A DNA stretch of 61,030 bases, counting the filler, from Porpidia crustulata (Eukaryota): NCBI GenBank assembly GCA_964255105.1. It is 9 parts of 9 records of this genome, joined end to end, with 100 filler letters (N's around TTAATTAATTAA, not from the genome) between each part and the next. Parts side by side here need not be neighbours in the genome. Positions count along the whole stretch, not along the records: positions 6,812 to 13,514 come from CAXUWE010001474.1; positions 13,615 to 20,317 come from CAXUWE010001475.1; positions 20,418 to 27,111 come from CAXUWE010001476.1; 6 more parts are not named here. One strand, 5' to 3'. Under the pieces are notes generated by a model, which saw only the letters and a program-made list of their open reading frames with translations, did not search any database and was not told the origin of the DNA. Shown one piece after another: positions 11,312-24,267 of this stretch (positions are counted from its first letter, which is position 1; every line of letters begins with the position of its first letter). Position numbers and translations under genes: made by a program.

Positions 11312-13514
11312 GATGTGTTTGAAGGTTCTAAAATTCTGATATAAAAACCATCAGCCCCTCGTATAAGTCTGGTAAAACCCCTTTCACATTCAAGAAGCTG
11401 GCTATTGGATGTGCATTCAGCAGTCAAAACGGTAATCACAATTTCTCACATGAACTGTAATTCTTCGAAGTCATGAAAGCCAGGCTTCGCCCAAATATGC
11501 AAAATTGATCTTAGGCTTTCAGATAGCTCTAATTTGATATTTAATTTCGATACTTGTGTGAGTAATAATACGTAGCTGCAGCTTTCGGCTCGTTTACTTT
11601 GGGTGCTCGGGGCGGCTCGGCGGCAAGTAGGCGCTGACTGTCTAAATACGATCTATCTCTTCGGAATGAAGATACTGTGGCTAATGAAAGTGCCATGGGT
11701 GACGAGTACCATAACAAGCCTAAGATTCCCGGTGTAATATTCCCATCCTCAATTCGAAGAGGAAGCCGTTCTATTCATGTTATAATTCCCCAAAAGAACT
11801 TGCATCGTATAGTATGCCTCATTTGCCCAATGGAGGACCAAATCTTTCGATTCATCTTCGTGCTAAACACTACTCTTCTTGATCTCGGCTCTCTCGTATG
11901 AGTATGCCTATTCCTAAATCCCCTCAAAGATCTCAAACGCCTATAGAGTATGAAACCGAACCGCTTGAACGATATCAATCTCGGTGAAGAAATCCAGAAT
12001 TTTCCTCATTCATCAATTTTCTGTTTCACAATAAATAAAGTAATACGTAAGACCAAGCACCTGTTTGATTCCTGTACATCTTGGCGATCAATGATCGCGC
12101 GCAGCCTTTTCGGTCAAGAAAGAAGAGCTAATGTGTCCGTCAAAGCGAAAATATTTGTTCAGCCTATTGGCACAGCTGTAAGTATCATACCTCGTGAAGT
12201 CTTGGCTCAAATACCAGAGAAAAGGGATATTTAAGAAACTACCGAACTTTCCAAGGCTGGAATATCTTTCTCCCAGGATTCTAGTCATTCCGACTCAAAG
12301 GGGGTTCGTGCTTAAAAAATAGACCTTGCTGCATGCTCGGAATATGCCTTCAAGGAGGCAACTTAATATCAACGCTCAGCCTCGTCTAGTCAGAGTTTCG
12401 TTACCCAACCCACCAATCAGAACGGGAGCTCGATCAGTCAGACTTGCTAGCTTGCGTTTGACCGATTGTCTATCAGGCAGTACAGCGAGAGGTAAACCTT
12501 CACATACTACATACTCATTCTTTCATATCTGCGCCTTGACATTCCTCACACCTCCCTTTCTTTTCCCTTGACTCGATTTCTCGTCCCCATACCAAAACCT
12601 CTCCCTTCCTTCATCCCCACCATACCCAACACGCCAACTTCTACTTCGTTCCAAAACCTCCACCACCTTCTTATCCTTCTCTACCCATTGACTTCTGAAT
12701 GTCCCTCTCCATCCCTCCAATCGCGAGAAAATTCATTCTGTCTTGCCTACGCTCCCAAACCAAGTCTCCGCCCTTGGAAGAATCTTCATACGAAAAGAGC
12801 GACTGGAGGATAATTCGCCTCCGGGGTGGTAAGATTAGCTGATCGAGTGCAAGAGACGCGACGGTTTGGGCCCAGAGACACAGAGAGGGATACTTGTCAG
12901 GGATGAAATGCGACCGATAGGGATAGACAAGATGAATGGGTTGGCGTTCAAAACGGCGAAAAGGATAATTGGATGATTGCATACCGTGCGGAAATACAAA
13001 GCGAAGGTTCAACCAGCTTAGTTGTATTTACTGGAGGGTCGTCACCAATAAACTTCGCAGCTGACCAGAGTATTGGATATAATTCCACCATCATTCTACA
13101 GCCACAATCCATAACCCAAGCGTGAAAGCACTGCTAGTGTAGGAGTGCTGGCCTACTGCATTACCAGACACGCAGCTTCTGATGTCAGAAAGTCTAGATA
13201 GAGATCGTAATGTTCAGGCTATTCAACAACCTCGACAGCATCTTCACAGCATTCATCTCACATCACCATCACCACAGTAAGCAGATAATGTAGGTTACAA
13301 ACCGCTTCTTACCGAGCTGCCCATCCCAACCGCCGTCCCAACCGCAACGCCTTGATCCTCAACCACCGTAATATCTACAAATATGCCCCCCATCTTAACC
13401 CTCTCTTTCTCTCCCACAAAACTCCATTAAAGCCACCCCAACTTCCCCAGATCCTCCACCAATATCCTCAAAATTTCCTCATCCTCAAAAACTCCGAAAC
13501 CTCCGCTCTTTTCC

Positions 13515-13614
13515 NNNNNNNNNNNNNNNNNNNNNNNNNNNNNNNNNNNNNNNNNNNNTTAATTAATTAANNNNNNNNNNNNNNNNNNNNNNNNNNNNNN
13601 NNNNNNNNNNNNNN
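13515..13614. other. Artificial contig spacer
   Basis: N44-TTAATTAATTAA-N44. Confidence 0.99.
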
Positions 13615-14871
13615 ACAAGATGTTACGATGAATGGTAAAGCACTACTTAATTGACTTTAAGCCTTTTCTCTGATTTCCAAAATTCCCAGTGAAGCGATTC
13701 TTCTGCTCATTATTGCTATCGGATATTGAAAAATTTAGAGTACGTTTTTGAAGATGATTTGAGGCGGGGATTGCGCAGGGGGGGAGGGGCTTTGTGAGGA
13801 TTTTGAGTACTTGTAAAGTCGGGGAGTGGTTGAGATGCAGGAGGATAGAGTATGTTTTCTACGTAGGGGTGCAGATGGTAAGGTGTCTAAGCTGATGCAG
13901 AGGAAACGTCGAATAGTCAAGGCTCGCATCGAAGTCTGATTCTGGTTAATTTTTTGGTTCATGAAAAGGACTTCAAAAGTCTCTCGTTTGCTGATGTTGT
14001 TCTACTTGATTCAATTGCAATTTTGACGATCCTGTAAGAAAATCGCCAAAGCAAAAGTGTCGAGTATAAATGAAATAAATACTTCGTGATCTTTAGATAA
14101 ATAGAAGAACCGATCGGGGGTTTGCAGATAGATAAGCAGGGTCAGTTTGAGAATAGTCATTCGGGCGTCATCAAGCAAATTTTATATCAGGTACAAGCTT
14201 TTCATCTGAAGATACTTGAATAGGTATTTATGCCACCACGTTTGCTCACAGGCAAGATGTGAAGTTGGGAAAAAGAATTTGAGCGTAATGGTTGCGATAC
14301 GTTCAAGGCATTCTTTCACCATCAATGCGATGATCCGGTATTTGATAATGATTTTGGAGTATCTTGAGCCTTGACCGTTTCAGTCTCATCTGGAGTCAAT
14401 AAATAATGTTTTGAAGGTAAGAAAAGAGTATGTTCGCTATCACAAGTTCCCGATCCTTTGCAGATGCTGTCCAAGTCCAACGTTGAGTGTTAATGCGTGC
14501 AAGTAACAAAGACCGAAAGATCAAGACCAAAAATAAATGCCGACAATGGATCCAGCAATCATGTCGATCCTACACGTAATTGATGTAAATTTTGCTAGCA
14601 GATCTCGGCGGACGGTGATGACCTGCCTAATGAGGAAAGCACCTAGACCTCAATCCTTAGAGGCTGAAGATAAACCGTAAAGAATGCGTCACAACGCATG
14701 CTTGGCTTCGACGGAGAAAAGCAACAATCAACGCGGGGTATTGGCCAAGTTTATTGCCATACCAACTTACATTAGGAAGGCGACGCATCATGAAATCGAC
14801 GTATAATTTGATGGAGACCCCAGAGGTTCATTGTTGCATCTCTGTTCGTGTTAGTAGGAATATAATATACA

Positions 14872-16431
14872 ATGCGCATTTTAATCACGGCCCTGCCCGC
14901 CCTTTTTCTTGCTGCTTTCAGCGTAGCAACACCTCAATCCTCCGACTCCACACAAACATGTCCAGCACAAGCCAATTCAATTTTTTCCTGTCCCGCTGCA
15001 TCATGGCCTCCGGGTCCTGGGATCGGTACGCTGTTGATGCCTCAGGAGCCCGATGCGGAATTGCAGGATATCATGAGCCAGATCGATCCAAAGCGTATAG
15101 AGGCAATCATAAAGAAGTTGGTGAGCTTCGGGACGAGGAACACTCTAAGTAATCAGACCGATCCGAAAAGGGGCATTGGAGCTTCTCGGGATTGGATTGC
15201 TGCACGGATGAGGGAGTTTGCAGAGGCCAGCAAGTAAGCGTGCCGCCATCTGATCTGATGGATAGTGTTGCTGACTTTTTTGACACCAAAGCGGACAGAT
15301 GGTAGTGACGGTACCGAGCTATATCCAGGGTGTCGCGCCAAGTATACCGTTTCCTGTAAGAATTAGCGATATTGTGGCTACCCTGAAAGGCAGCGTCGAT
15401 CCTGGAAGGGTCTACGTTGTTTCGGGACACTATGACAGCAGGGTAACGAATGTGGACAATTATCTAGATGATGCGCCTGGAGCGGATGACGAGTAGGTTT
15501 CTTCACTGTTCCTTTGAGGCAAGCACTCGAATCTGACGATAACGGTAGTGCCTCGGGAGTTGCAGTATCGATGGAATTGGCTCGTATTATGGCTACTAAG
15601 AGACCAGCTGCGACCATCGTGCTTGCTGCCGTGGCAGGAGAGGAGCAAGGCTTATTCGGGAGTAATTTCCTGGCACAAACCTACAAGAACGCTTCAGTAA
15701 ATGTGCAGGGAATGTTTACCAACGACATTGTTGGATCGTCAACGGCGGAGGATGGTACGAAGGATCCTTACAACCTTCGAATATTTGCTCAAGGCAATCC
15801 TACAACGGATAGTGTAGCCATGGCCAGGACCCGAGCGACCATTGGCGGCGAAAACGATTCTCCTGCCCGTGAATTGGCACGTTTCGTTGTCGAGGTTGCG
15901 GAGAACAAGTATACCCAAATGAACCTCCCAGTCGTCTATCGTTTAGATCGATATCTTCGAGGAGGTGACCATATTCCATTTCTTCAACAAGGTTTTACTG
16001 CGTGCCGATTTACCGAGCCCAATGAGATTTTTGCCCATCAACATCAGGACGTCCGGATAGAGAATGGAACGCAGTATGGAGATCTAATTGAATTCTGTGA
16101 CTTCGAGTACATCAGTCGCGTCGGTAAAGTCAATGCGGCTGCCATGTGGAGTCTTGCGAATGCTCCACAAGCACCACAGGGTGTGACAATCAATGCCACT
16201 ATTCTGAGTAACCAAAGCCAGTTCAACTGGAAACCAAGCAACGAAACACTTCTTAAAGGGTATGAGGTGGTTTGGAGACCAACAGACGCCCCCTTCTGGA
16301 CTCATTATATTCCAGTGGGCAATGTCAACACCGTAACCATCAACCTGTCAAAGGATAACGTCAATTTCGGCATTCGTGCGGTAGGAACCAACGGCTATAA
16401 GAGCCCTGCCACGTTCCCTTTTCCTTTATAA
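14872..16431 (+). CDS. Secreted M28-family metallopeptidase with C-terminal FN3-like domain; introns 15234-15291, 15493-15548
   Basis: Signal peptide [19 protein letters not shown]; Zn-ligand motifs SGHYDSR, GADD|DASG, GEEQGL, NDIVG, GGDHIPF, HQHQD. Confidence 0.92.
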
Positions 16432-17444
16432 GGATGCAGAGCGAAAAATCAGGCAGTTGAAAATAAACAAATTGTGAAATAGAAATAAATATGAAACGTA
16501 AAATGCTTCTCTATGTCCATGCTCTACGTAAGCTCGATGGACTCGATTCGACACTGAAGCTTGCAAGTTATTGAATTTGAAACAGTTCTGATCTCGTTAG
16601 TATTAGTTTCTGTACCAATGGTATCTGCGAATGCATCTGCCGGGTGCGCTTCGCATCTTGCAGCTTCCGGCCAGTATCAAGCAGCTACAATAGCCAAGTC
16701 CCATACTGGTACTGTGCATTGCGATCGAATGCTTCCCAGTAGACAAGGATAGCTGCGATCTAAGTTCATCCGCATCCTACTTTGGTACCAGTTGAAGTAG
16801 ATTCGGCTTAATGCAGCAAGGTGTTACAAACGGAGCGTGTTTATTGGCCAAAGCTGGGTATTTTGGGCCTCTCTCCTTTTTTGGCGTAGAACAACGTCAA
16901 TGCCCATTGCCTTGCACTAGAGTCGGTATTACTTCATTGCCGTATAGAAGGACAGAGCAAAGTCCTTAACGCTGCTGGTCTGTTGCCGTATTATATTGTC
17001 GTTATACAAAAGCATAAGTAGAAAATTGTCGAGTCGTGCGTTGTTCCCAGCGCATGGATTATTCTGGCTTAGCACCCTGCATCCCTGCACATTTTCTCCG
17101 CGACAACACTAACGGCGAGACCCCTTTTGTGACAGCGACCAAGAAATCTTGGCTTCAATCCACCGACCCCGTCAATCTATTGTGATACCCGGCCGACTGT
17201 CTGTCTGGCATCTCTTGTGATTAATACTGCTTGAGGCTTCGAGTGGAAGTGCAATCTACTTCACAAACCTCGGTAAGCGATAGGCAAGTGAGTGGGAAAG
17301 CCGGTGCTAGTTGGCATTGAGACTCGGCCATATCTTCTTTCAGACTCCTGCTGCAGCAAAACATTTACTGATGTGTTTTCGATGACCTAGAGACTCGGAA
17401 ACAACCAAAACACTCCTTCCCCTACCATCCCGAACAACAGCAAA

Positions 17445-19233
17445 ATGGGTAAGCTCTTCTGTCCCATCTCCAAGGCCTCCACATGTTCGATTGTTGTCAC
17501 GCGGTTGGATAGCAACAACATTTTCAGTAGCATGTGCGTGTAGCAGGGAGAAGTACAGACTTTCAGAATGGTGATAGCGGAATTCATGCCGGGCCACGGG
17601 GCAGGGTTTCAAAATCATTCACTCGCAATCTGAGGAAACCTCCATCTTCCCTCCCAACGCTTGCCAGAATACCTTCGATCTCGACTTCTGCTAACATATT
17701 GAAATCCGGCATAGCTATGAACAACGGTCCTCTACCGCCTGCGCCATTGAGAGTATCTCCGGCTCCACAGGGTCCCCAAGTACCAAATGGAAAGCCCATG
17801 TCCCCATACAATGACCAGCGCAATCCCATGAGCCCAATGAGCCCCAACGCGCAGATTGCAGCGCAGACTGTCAGCTCTAAAGACCCGAAAGCTGCAGCTC
17901 AGGCTGCCAGTGACATGAGGAACGTTGTACGACGGAAATTGACTGGCTACGTTGGATTTGCCAACCTACCGAACCAATGGCACCGAAAAAGTGTCCGCAA
18001 AGGCTTCAACTTTAATGTTATGGTAGTTGGTAAGAATTCATTTACGTGGTCTGTAGTGCGCGCTTCTAACTCCTCTAGGTGAATCTGGCCTTGGAAAGTC
18101 CACACTCGTCAATACCCTTTTCAATACGTCCCTTTACCCGCCGAAGGAACAAAAAGGCCCTAGTATGGACATTATACCAAAAACAGTCTCCATACAGTCG
18201 ATCAACGCAGACATTGAGGAGAACGGTGTCCGCCTACGTCTTAATGTGGTTGACACACCTGGCTTCGGTGATTTCGTCAACAACGACGATTCATGGCGGC
18301 CGATTGTTGAGAATATTGAGCAGCGGTTTGATGCTTACCTTGATGCCGAGAACAAGGTGAACCGAATGAACATTGTCGACAATCGTATCCACGCCTGTGT
18401 ATACTTCATCCAACCCACTGGACACTCGCTCAAACCCCTTGACATTGAGGTTATGCGCCGGCTGCATACCAAGGCCAACCTGATCCCGGTCATCGCCAAA
18501 GCAGACACGCTGACTGATGAAGAGATTGCGTCATTCAAGGCCCGGGTAAGATGGTCTCGATGGACATGACTAGCAACTTTGGCTAACCACGCCACAGATT
18601 CTGACCGATATCCACCATCATTCGATCCAGATATTCGAGGGACCTCGCTACGAGTTGGATGATGATGAGACTATTGCGGAAAACCAAGAAATCATGTCCA
18701 AGGTTCCTTTTGCCGTCGTCGGAGCCAACAGCGAGGTTACAAGCCCGGAAGGTCGCAAAGTCCGCGGCCGTCGTTATCCTTGGGGCGTGATTGAGGTTGA
18801 TAATGAAGAGCACTGCGATTTTGTCAAGCTACGACAGATGCTCATCCGTACACACATGGAGGAGCTCAAAGAGCATACAAACAACGCGCTATACGAAAAT
18901 TACCGCTCCGACAAACTCACAGGAATGGGAGTCGCTCAAGATCCCAGCGTCTTCAAGGAAGTCAACCCCGCTGTAAAACAAGAGGAAGAGCGAACCCTAC
19001 ATGAACAGAAATTGCAGAAGATGGAGTCTGAGATGAAGATGGTATTCCAGCAAAAGGTGGCAGAAAAGGAAAGCAAGCTCAAGCAGAGCGAAGAGGAACT
19101 GTACGCTCGACATCGGGAGATGAAGGACCAACTCGAGAGGCAACGAAGTGAGCTGGAAGACAAAAAACAGCGCGTCGAGAGTGGAAGACCACTGGAGGGC
19201 ACGTCGAAGAAGAAGGGGTTCTCGCTCCGCTAG
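17445..19233 (+). CDS. CDC3: Septin Cdc3/AspB; introns 17449-17714 (5' structure uncertain), 18030-18078, 18546-18597
   Basis: [21 protein letters not shown], spliced P-loop [30 protein letters not shown], coiled-coil tail ending KKKGFSLR. Confidence 0.93.
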
Positions 19234-19690
19234 AGAGCGCGAATGTGGCTGACAAGCTCGCGTGGGTCCACATTTTTGTGCTGCTCACACCACGGCCAAC
19301 ATATCCCATACTTTTCCTCTCTGTGCCAAGCCCAGCAGCACATTGCGCATGGCCTATATGTCCCTTTTTGTTTGCAGCGAATACTCGATATCCACCCCAG
19401 TTTTCTCTTTCGTCTCTTCCATTCCCCATCACGAAGATCTCGGGGGGGGAGGCTTTTGCAGTACCGCCGTTGAAGGGATATGTAATGTTTCACTTCGGAA
19501 AGGGGCGAGAAGGACGGGGGGATGAAAGGCGTGCGCTTTTCCGAAAAATTGTATTTTTTCCCTTTTCTATTTTTTTTTGTTAGACAGGGGCTTTGTGTCT
19601 CTCTCTAGTGTGAGAGGGATATTTGTAGCAAATATATGCGCTTCTTCTAGATTGCAATTTCGGACATGTGCAACTGGAATTTGTTTTTCG

Positions 19691-19984
19691 ACCGAGTGCG
19701 AGAATCGAAGTCTTATGCTTCTATCTGAACACAACCCTTGACTCTCTCCTCTCCCATGATGGGATGTTCAATGAGACTCCGCACCCATTCACGCTCTTTC
19801 CTTTGAACAAAACCGACTCGCTCGTTACCATCGCGTCCTTTTACCGAGTGAACTTGTGCTTCTATCTTACACATGGCCGTTGACTCTCTCTTCTCCCATG
19901 ATGGGAATATCCAGTGTTCCTCTGCACCCATGCCACGCTCTATCCTCCGAAGACAATTGCTTTGCTAGTTACCATCGTGTCCTT
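19691..19984. repeat. Imperfect tandem duplication of ~145 bp downstream of the septin gene
   Basis: Blocks accgagtg, tgcttctatct, ttgactctctc.tctcccatgatggga, gcacccat, acgctct.tcct and gttaccatcg.gtcctt occur twice in the same order (from 19691 and from 19843). Confidence 0.8.
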
Positions 19985-20317
19985 AGAGAGAATACGAGAG
20001 GAGAATAGGTGGAGAGGGGTAGGGGAAGCGAGATATGAATCAATAAATGCCCAAAAGGGTGAGATCGAGCAAAAAAAATGCCGGGTTGAAGATGTACGCT
20101 CGATGCTGGAAAAGATATCATGACAATTATGTTTTGTTTCGTTTGCTTTGCATGGTTGTTGGATAAGATATCTACCTGGTCATAGATATCTCATCCATCT
20201 CGCTTCGTTTTGTTCGTCTTTTCGGTTTCCGGGGTCTCTTTCATCTTTTGCTTCTATCATCCATCCCACCTCACCCCATTTATCCAGCGCCACCTCCCCC
20301 CTCAAAAATCCCTTAAC

Positions 20318-20417
20318 NNNNNNNNNNNNNNNNNNNNNNNNNNNNNNNNNNNNNNNNNNNNTTAATTAATTAANNNNNNNNNNNNNNNNNNNNNNNNNNN
20401 NNNNNNNNNNNNNNNNN
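20318..20417. other. Artificial contig spacer
   Basis: N44-TTAATTAATTAA-N44. Confidence 0.99.
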
Positions 20418-20908
20418 CCTTGTAGGTGGTGGTGCTGGAGCTTTCTTAGGCCATGAGTTGGGAGGGGGGGCTTTGGGTACGGTGGGAGGGATGATTGCCG
20501 GGGCTGTCGGCGCAAATGCTCTGGAAAGGAGGCATGAAAAGTGAGTGTTTTCTCGTTGCTACTTCTTCCTGGCCTCAGTGGCAGAGTACTTGTCTGACCA
20601 TCGAGATCAGACACAAACGTGAAAGATCCAATTCTGCGCACTCCCACCATTCATCACATTCACGCCGTTCTTCGCGCTCACGTCATGGTTCCCACAGTGG
20701 GGGTAGCTCAGGTGGAGGCTTATTGGGCAAGTTTCTGCATCCAGACCGCGCAAGCAGTAGGGACGGGAGAGGTAGCAGGAGCGGCAGTAGAGATAGGGAC
20801 GGCGGAAGCGATAGCGAAGGCAGGCACAAGCATAGGCATCATCACCACCACCATCATGATGAGAGTCGCAGCCGGAGCAGAGGCGGGGACAATTATGAGC
20901 GTTATTGA
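20418..20908 (+). CDS. 3' fragment of a glycine-zipper (2TM-like) protein with His/Arg/Ser-rich tail; intron 20541-20610
   Basis: LVGGGAGAFLGHELGGGALGTVGGMIAGAVGANALERRHEK spliced (GTGAGT..CTGAC..CAG) to HKRERSNSAHSHH...HHHHHHDESRSRSRGGDNYERY*; 5' end lost at the contig edge. Confidence 0.75.
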
Positions 20909-21485
20909 GGCATGAGCATGTATGGCGAGAAACGCCGCTTCTCTGGCTGAAAATTTGTATGCAGGCGAGGATATGTATAATGACCGAGATTTGGGTACTC
21001 ACGGGGCCGCCGATACTTGAGAGCAAAGGGTTCATTTTGATGGAATAACGACTTTTAGACTTGAAGACTCAAGTACATGATAGGACACACGAATTCACGA
21101 TTTTCAGCAATGTGTTTTTAGAATTGAAGATATGTTTTTCTGAAATACCCGGAGCGTAATCCAACTTGCTTTAGCTATTGCACCTTGAGCCATTGCTGGG
21201 GAAAATGGCAGCCACTATTGCTAGACTTCATTGGAATCGATTATCAAAAGACATGTGTTGGTAGAGCTATTCTCCTGCTGGCAAACTATCAAACGGAGCG
21301 CCCACGTGGTCATGGCATTCGTGTAAATCCGGAGTGGTTAGGAAAATTCTCAAGCTAGACAAGCTTCTAGCAACTCTTATCGATTTGCCAGACAAGTAAA
21401 TGAGGAACAGTACATAGCATGCCTTGTACGAGGCGCTGGATTTGCCTAGCCAAACGACCACACGATTAAGCCAAAATGGTATCCT

Positions 21486-22334
21486 TTGAAATTATCTGGT
21501 CATGTGCGGTCTTTCCGCTACGTCTCCCAGGACAGCAGCGCTGACGAGTCTTTTCCCATGAGATTTCATATAGAATCAATTGAGTTCGCAGATCTCTGGC
21601 TGAATCTTCCACTTGACAGCGATATGAGTGTAGGGGGTATCACATACTCATTCGACCCACCACTCGATCCAAGGTTCGAAGTTATCTTACTTGCGACTGT
21701 AAGCTATTATAACAATTGCTGGCAAGGGGCAGCGATTTAACGCGCCGTCGCTCATGGGTTTCGCCGGGACAGTCGAGCGGACTGCGAGAAGTTTTTGTAG
21801 GAGTTTGGTCCTTTTAAAGAGTTGACTACTGTATAAGCCTAGTGAACGCTCAGTAGGGTCTTCAGCATCGTCATGCACTATCAGAATGGGTAGTTTGCAA
21901 CTGAACGGTGGTACGACGGATGAAGTTTCAATCCCTACAAACCGATGGATGCTCAGCCCTAAAGCTGGGTAGGGATTCTTCCAAGGCAGTCAGGCAGTGG
22001 ACGAAGAATGGTTTATATCTATCTAACCTGCACGTTTCACCAGTATTTATTTAAATCCTGCGATATTTTTAAACACGTTGAGACAGTCAACAAGCTCCTT
22101 GCTAAGAATCTACAAAGAGGCTCATTGCTCTGTCGATGAACATGGATTGATAGTGATTATAAAGCTTTCGGGATTAATAGAGGCTTGGAGATACGAGCAC
22201 CGAAATCACTGACAAGTGGCGACTACATCAGAATGGCCAAGGCGGTGGATTTCAAAGCAGAAAGAGCTTTGGCAATAGTCAGCATCATAGAGGGATTCGT
22301 TGATACCTTCTTGCAGTACTCTCGTTCTCAATAA
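21486..22334 (+). pseudogene. Decayed spliced gene relic of unknown family
   Basis: Intact-looking intron 21969-22043 (GTAGGG..CTAAC..CAG); downstream 97-codon frame with one TGA at 22137; upstream frame has several stops. Confidence 0.4.
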
Positions 22335-22750
22335 TTTTCATATCGGCTGCATCTCCTCTAACACTGACTCTCTGGTGACCCAGTGCCTTCTCTGTGTTCG
22401 TTCGTCAAGCACGCCCTCTACATGCATCATTGTATTTCATCCCACTGATTAGACCCATCAAGCTTTGAAGATACGATCTGCAAGGATTTACCTGACAGGA
22501 AGGCGATTATTCATGATTGGTCCACTTGCTTATAAATACCAAAATTTCCTTTATCGAATCAGTATATCCCCTAGATTAGACCATGATATTTGGATATATA
22601 AGTATCCTATTGCTCGTCTTCATTTTCCCAATATCTTGAACCATTTTCACTACTATTTCGCACCACGCACCATTACTTCTTCTCATAGCATCCTCGCACA
22701 ATAATTTGAAAGAATCTATCTCTTTACACCTCACAACACAGCCTTCCGAG

Positions 22751-23745
22751 ATGGACCAGCTCCCCAGCGACCACTTTGTCAAAATGGGCGCATTCACCCG
22801 CGTCAATCATCGCGACGTTTACCCAGCCATTGATCCTAGCTCTCCTACACTGTCGCAATCTCAAGCTGGGAAGGTAGTCGTCATAACAGGGGCGAGCCGA
22901 GGTATTGGGCGCAGAGGGTTCGCCGCTTCTTTTGCGAAAGCCGGCGCCAGGGCTCTTGTACTCATTGCACGTTCCGCGTCAAGCCTTGCCGAGACGGTGA
23001 CAGACGTCAAGGCCATCAACCCAAATATCGAAACGCTTGTACTTCCTACGGACGTTGGCGATGAGCGATCGGTCGTCGCAGCTTTTGCCAAGGTAAAGGA
23101 AACGTACGGAACTGCGGACGTGCTGATTAGCAATGCCGCTGCTTTAAGTCCCGAGCAGAAGCTTGGTGACGTGGAGATTGAGAGCTGGTGGTCGTGCTTT
23201 GTAAGTCCAAACATAGGCTATAATATTTTCTTCGTTCAAGGCTTGCTACATCTTCTGCAATAAGACACTGATTACCCACCCTATGATAGGAAGTCAACGT
23301 CCGCGGCGCAGTCCTTATAACAAAGGCCTTTCTGCAGCTTGTCGGCCCAGCCAAGCCTGCCACAATCATCACCGTGACATCCGCCGCTGGCCATATAGTC
23401 TTTCCAGGAATCTCCGCCTATGCCCTGACAAAACTAGTCACTACCCAGTTATCCGCATACCTCGAAGCGGAATATCCAAATATTACCGCAGTGTCCTTGC
23501 ATCCAGGTACTGTCATGACAGACATGACCATTGAAAAAATGGCACCTTTTTCGTTAGATACCCCCGAATTGACCGGAGGTGTGGGGGTATGGCTTAGTAC
23601 CGGCGACAAGAAATTCTTGAGCGGAAGATATACATCTGCAAATTGGGATGTTGAGGAGTTGGAAGCCAGGAAAAAGGAGATTATGGAGGGGGAGAAGCTG
23701 AAGATTCAGCTTGGAGGAGATTTTGGCGATGGGCAGTTCTTGTGA
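22751..23745 (+). CDS. Classical short-chain dehydrogenase/reductase; intron 23201-23289
   Basis: VITGASRGIG, DVLISNAA, spliced F|EVNVRG, catalytic YALTK, SLHPGTV. Confidence 0.92.
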
Positions 23746-24267
23746 TACTGTAAGGGACTCCACGATACCGAGATGAGTCTCAATTGCCATTTACCGAGAT
23801 GCGGTGAGGACTGAGGTGGGCGAATATTGGTATCGAACTTTAATACGGAGAGAAGGCAGATAAAAGATTGGCATCAGGTCCCATTATTTAATAGAAGTTT
23901 GATAATGTGACATATTAAGAAAGACTTGTATTAACCTGTCGTACTCATGAAATTTCAAAATGTTCAAAAATTCCGCTATTGTACGCTTTCTGCGTTCACA
24001 TCAAATGCTTTTCGATTAGACAGTATTAGGGTTAGGGCTGGCGTATGATTGCGGCATGGCAATACTCGACCATCACTCCAGGCCGCGGAATCCTCATCAT
24101 TTGTTGAATATACCGTATCTATGGAGACAAATCTCTCCATATAGAGAAAGATCTGTGCCTTGTACAAATTGTATTTTCGAAGTCGCTGTTGCGCCGATAG
24201 GCACTGTATTTCAAGATTCAACGGCGTAAATCTGGGTTTTCGACCCCATCCCCTGCCATACTTGTAG

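Noticed and set aside
12326..13514. Short ORFs near the end of contig 2
   Set aside because: Compositionally biased, no consistent gene model or motif
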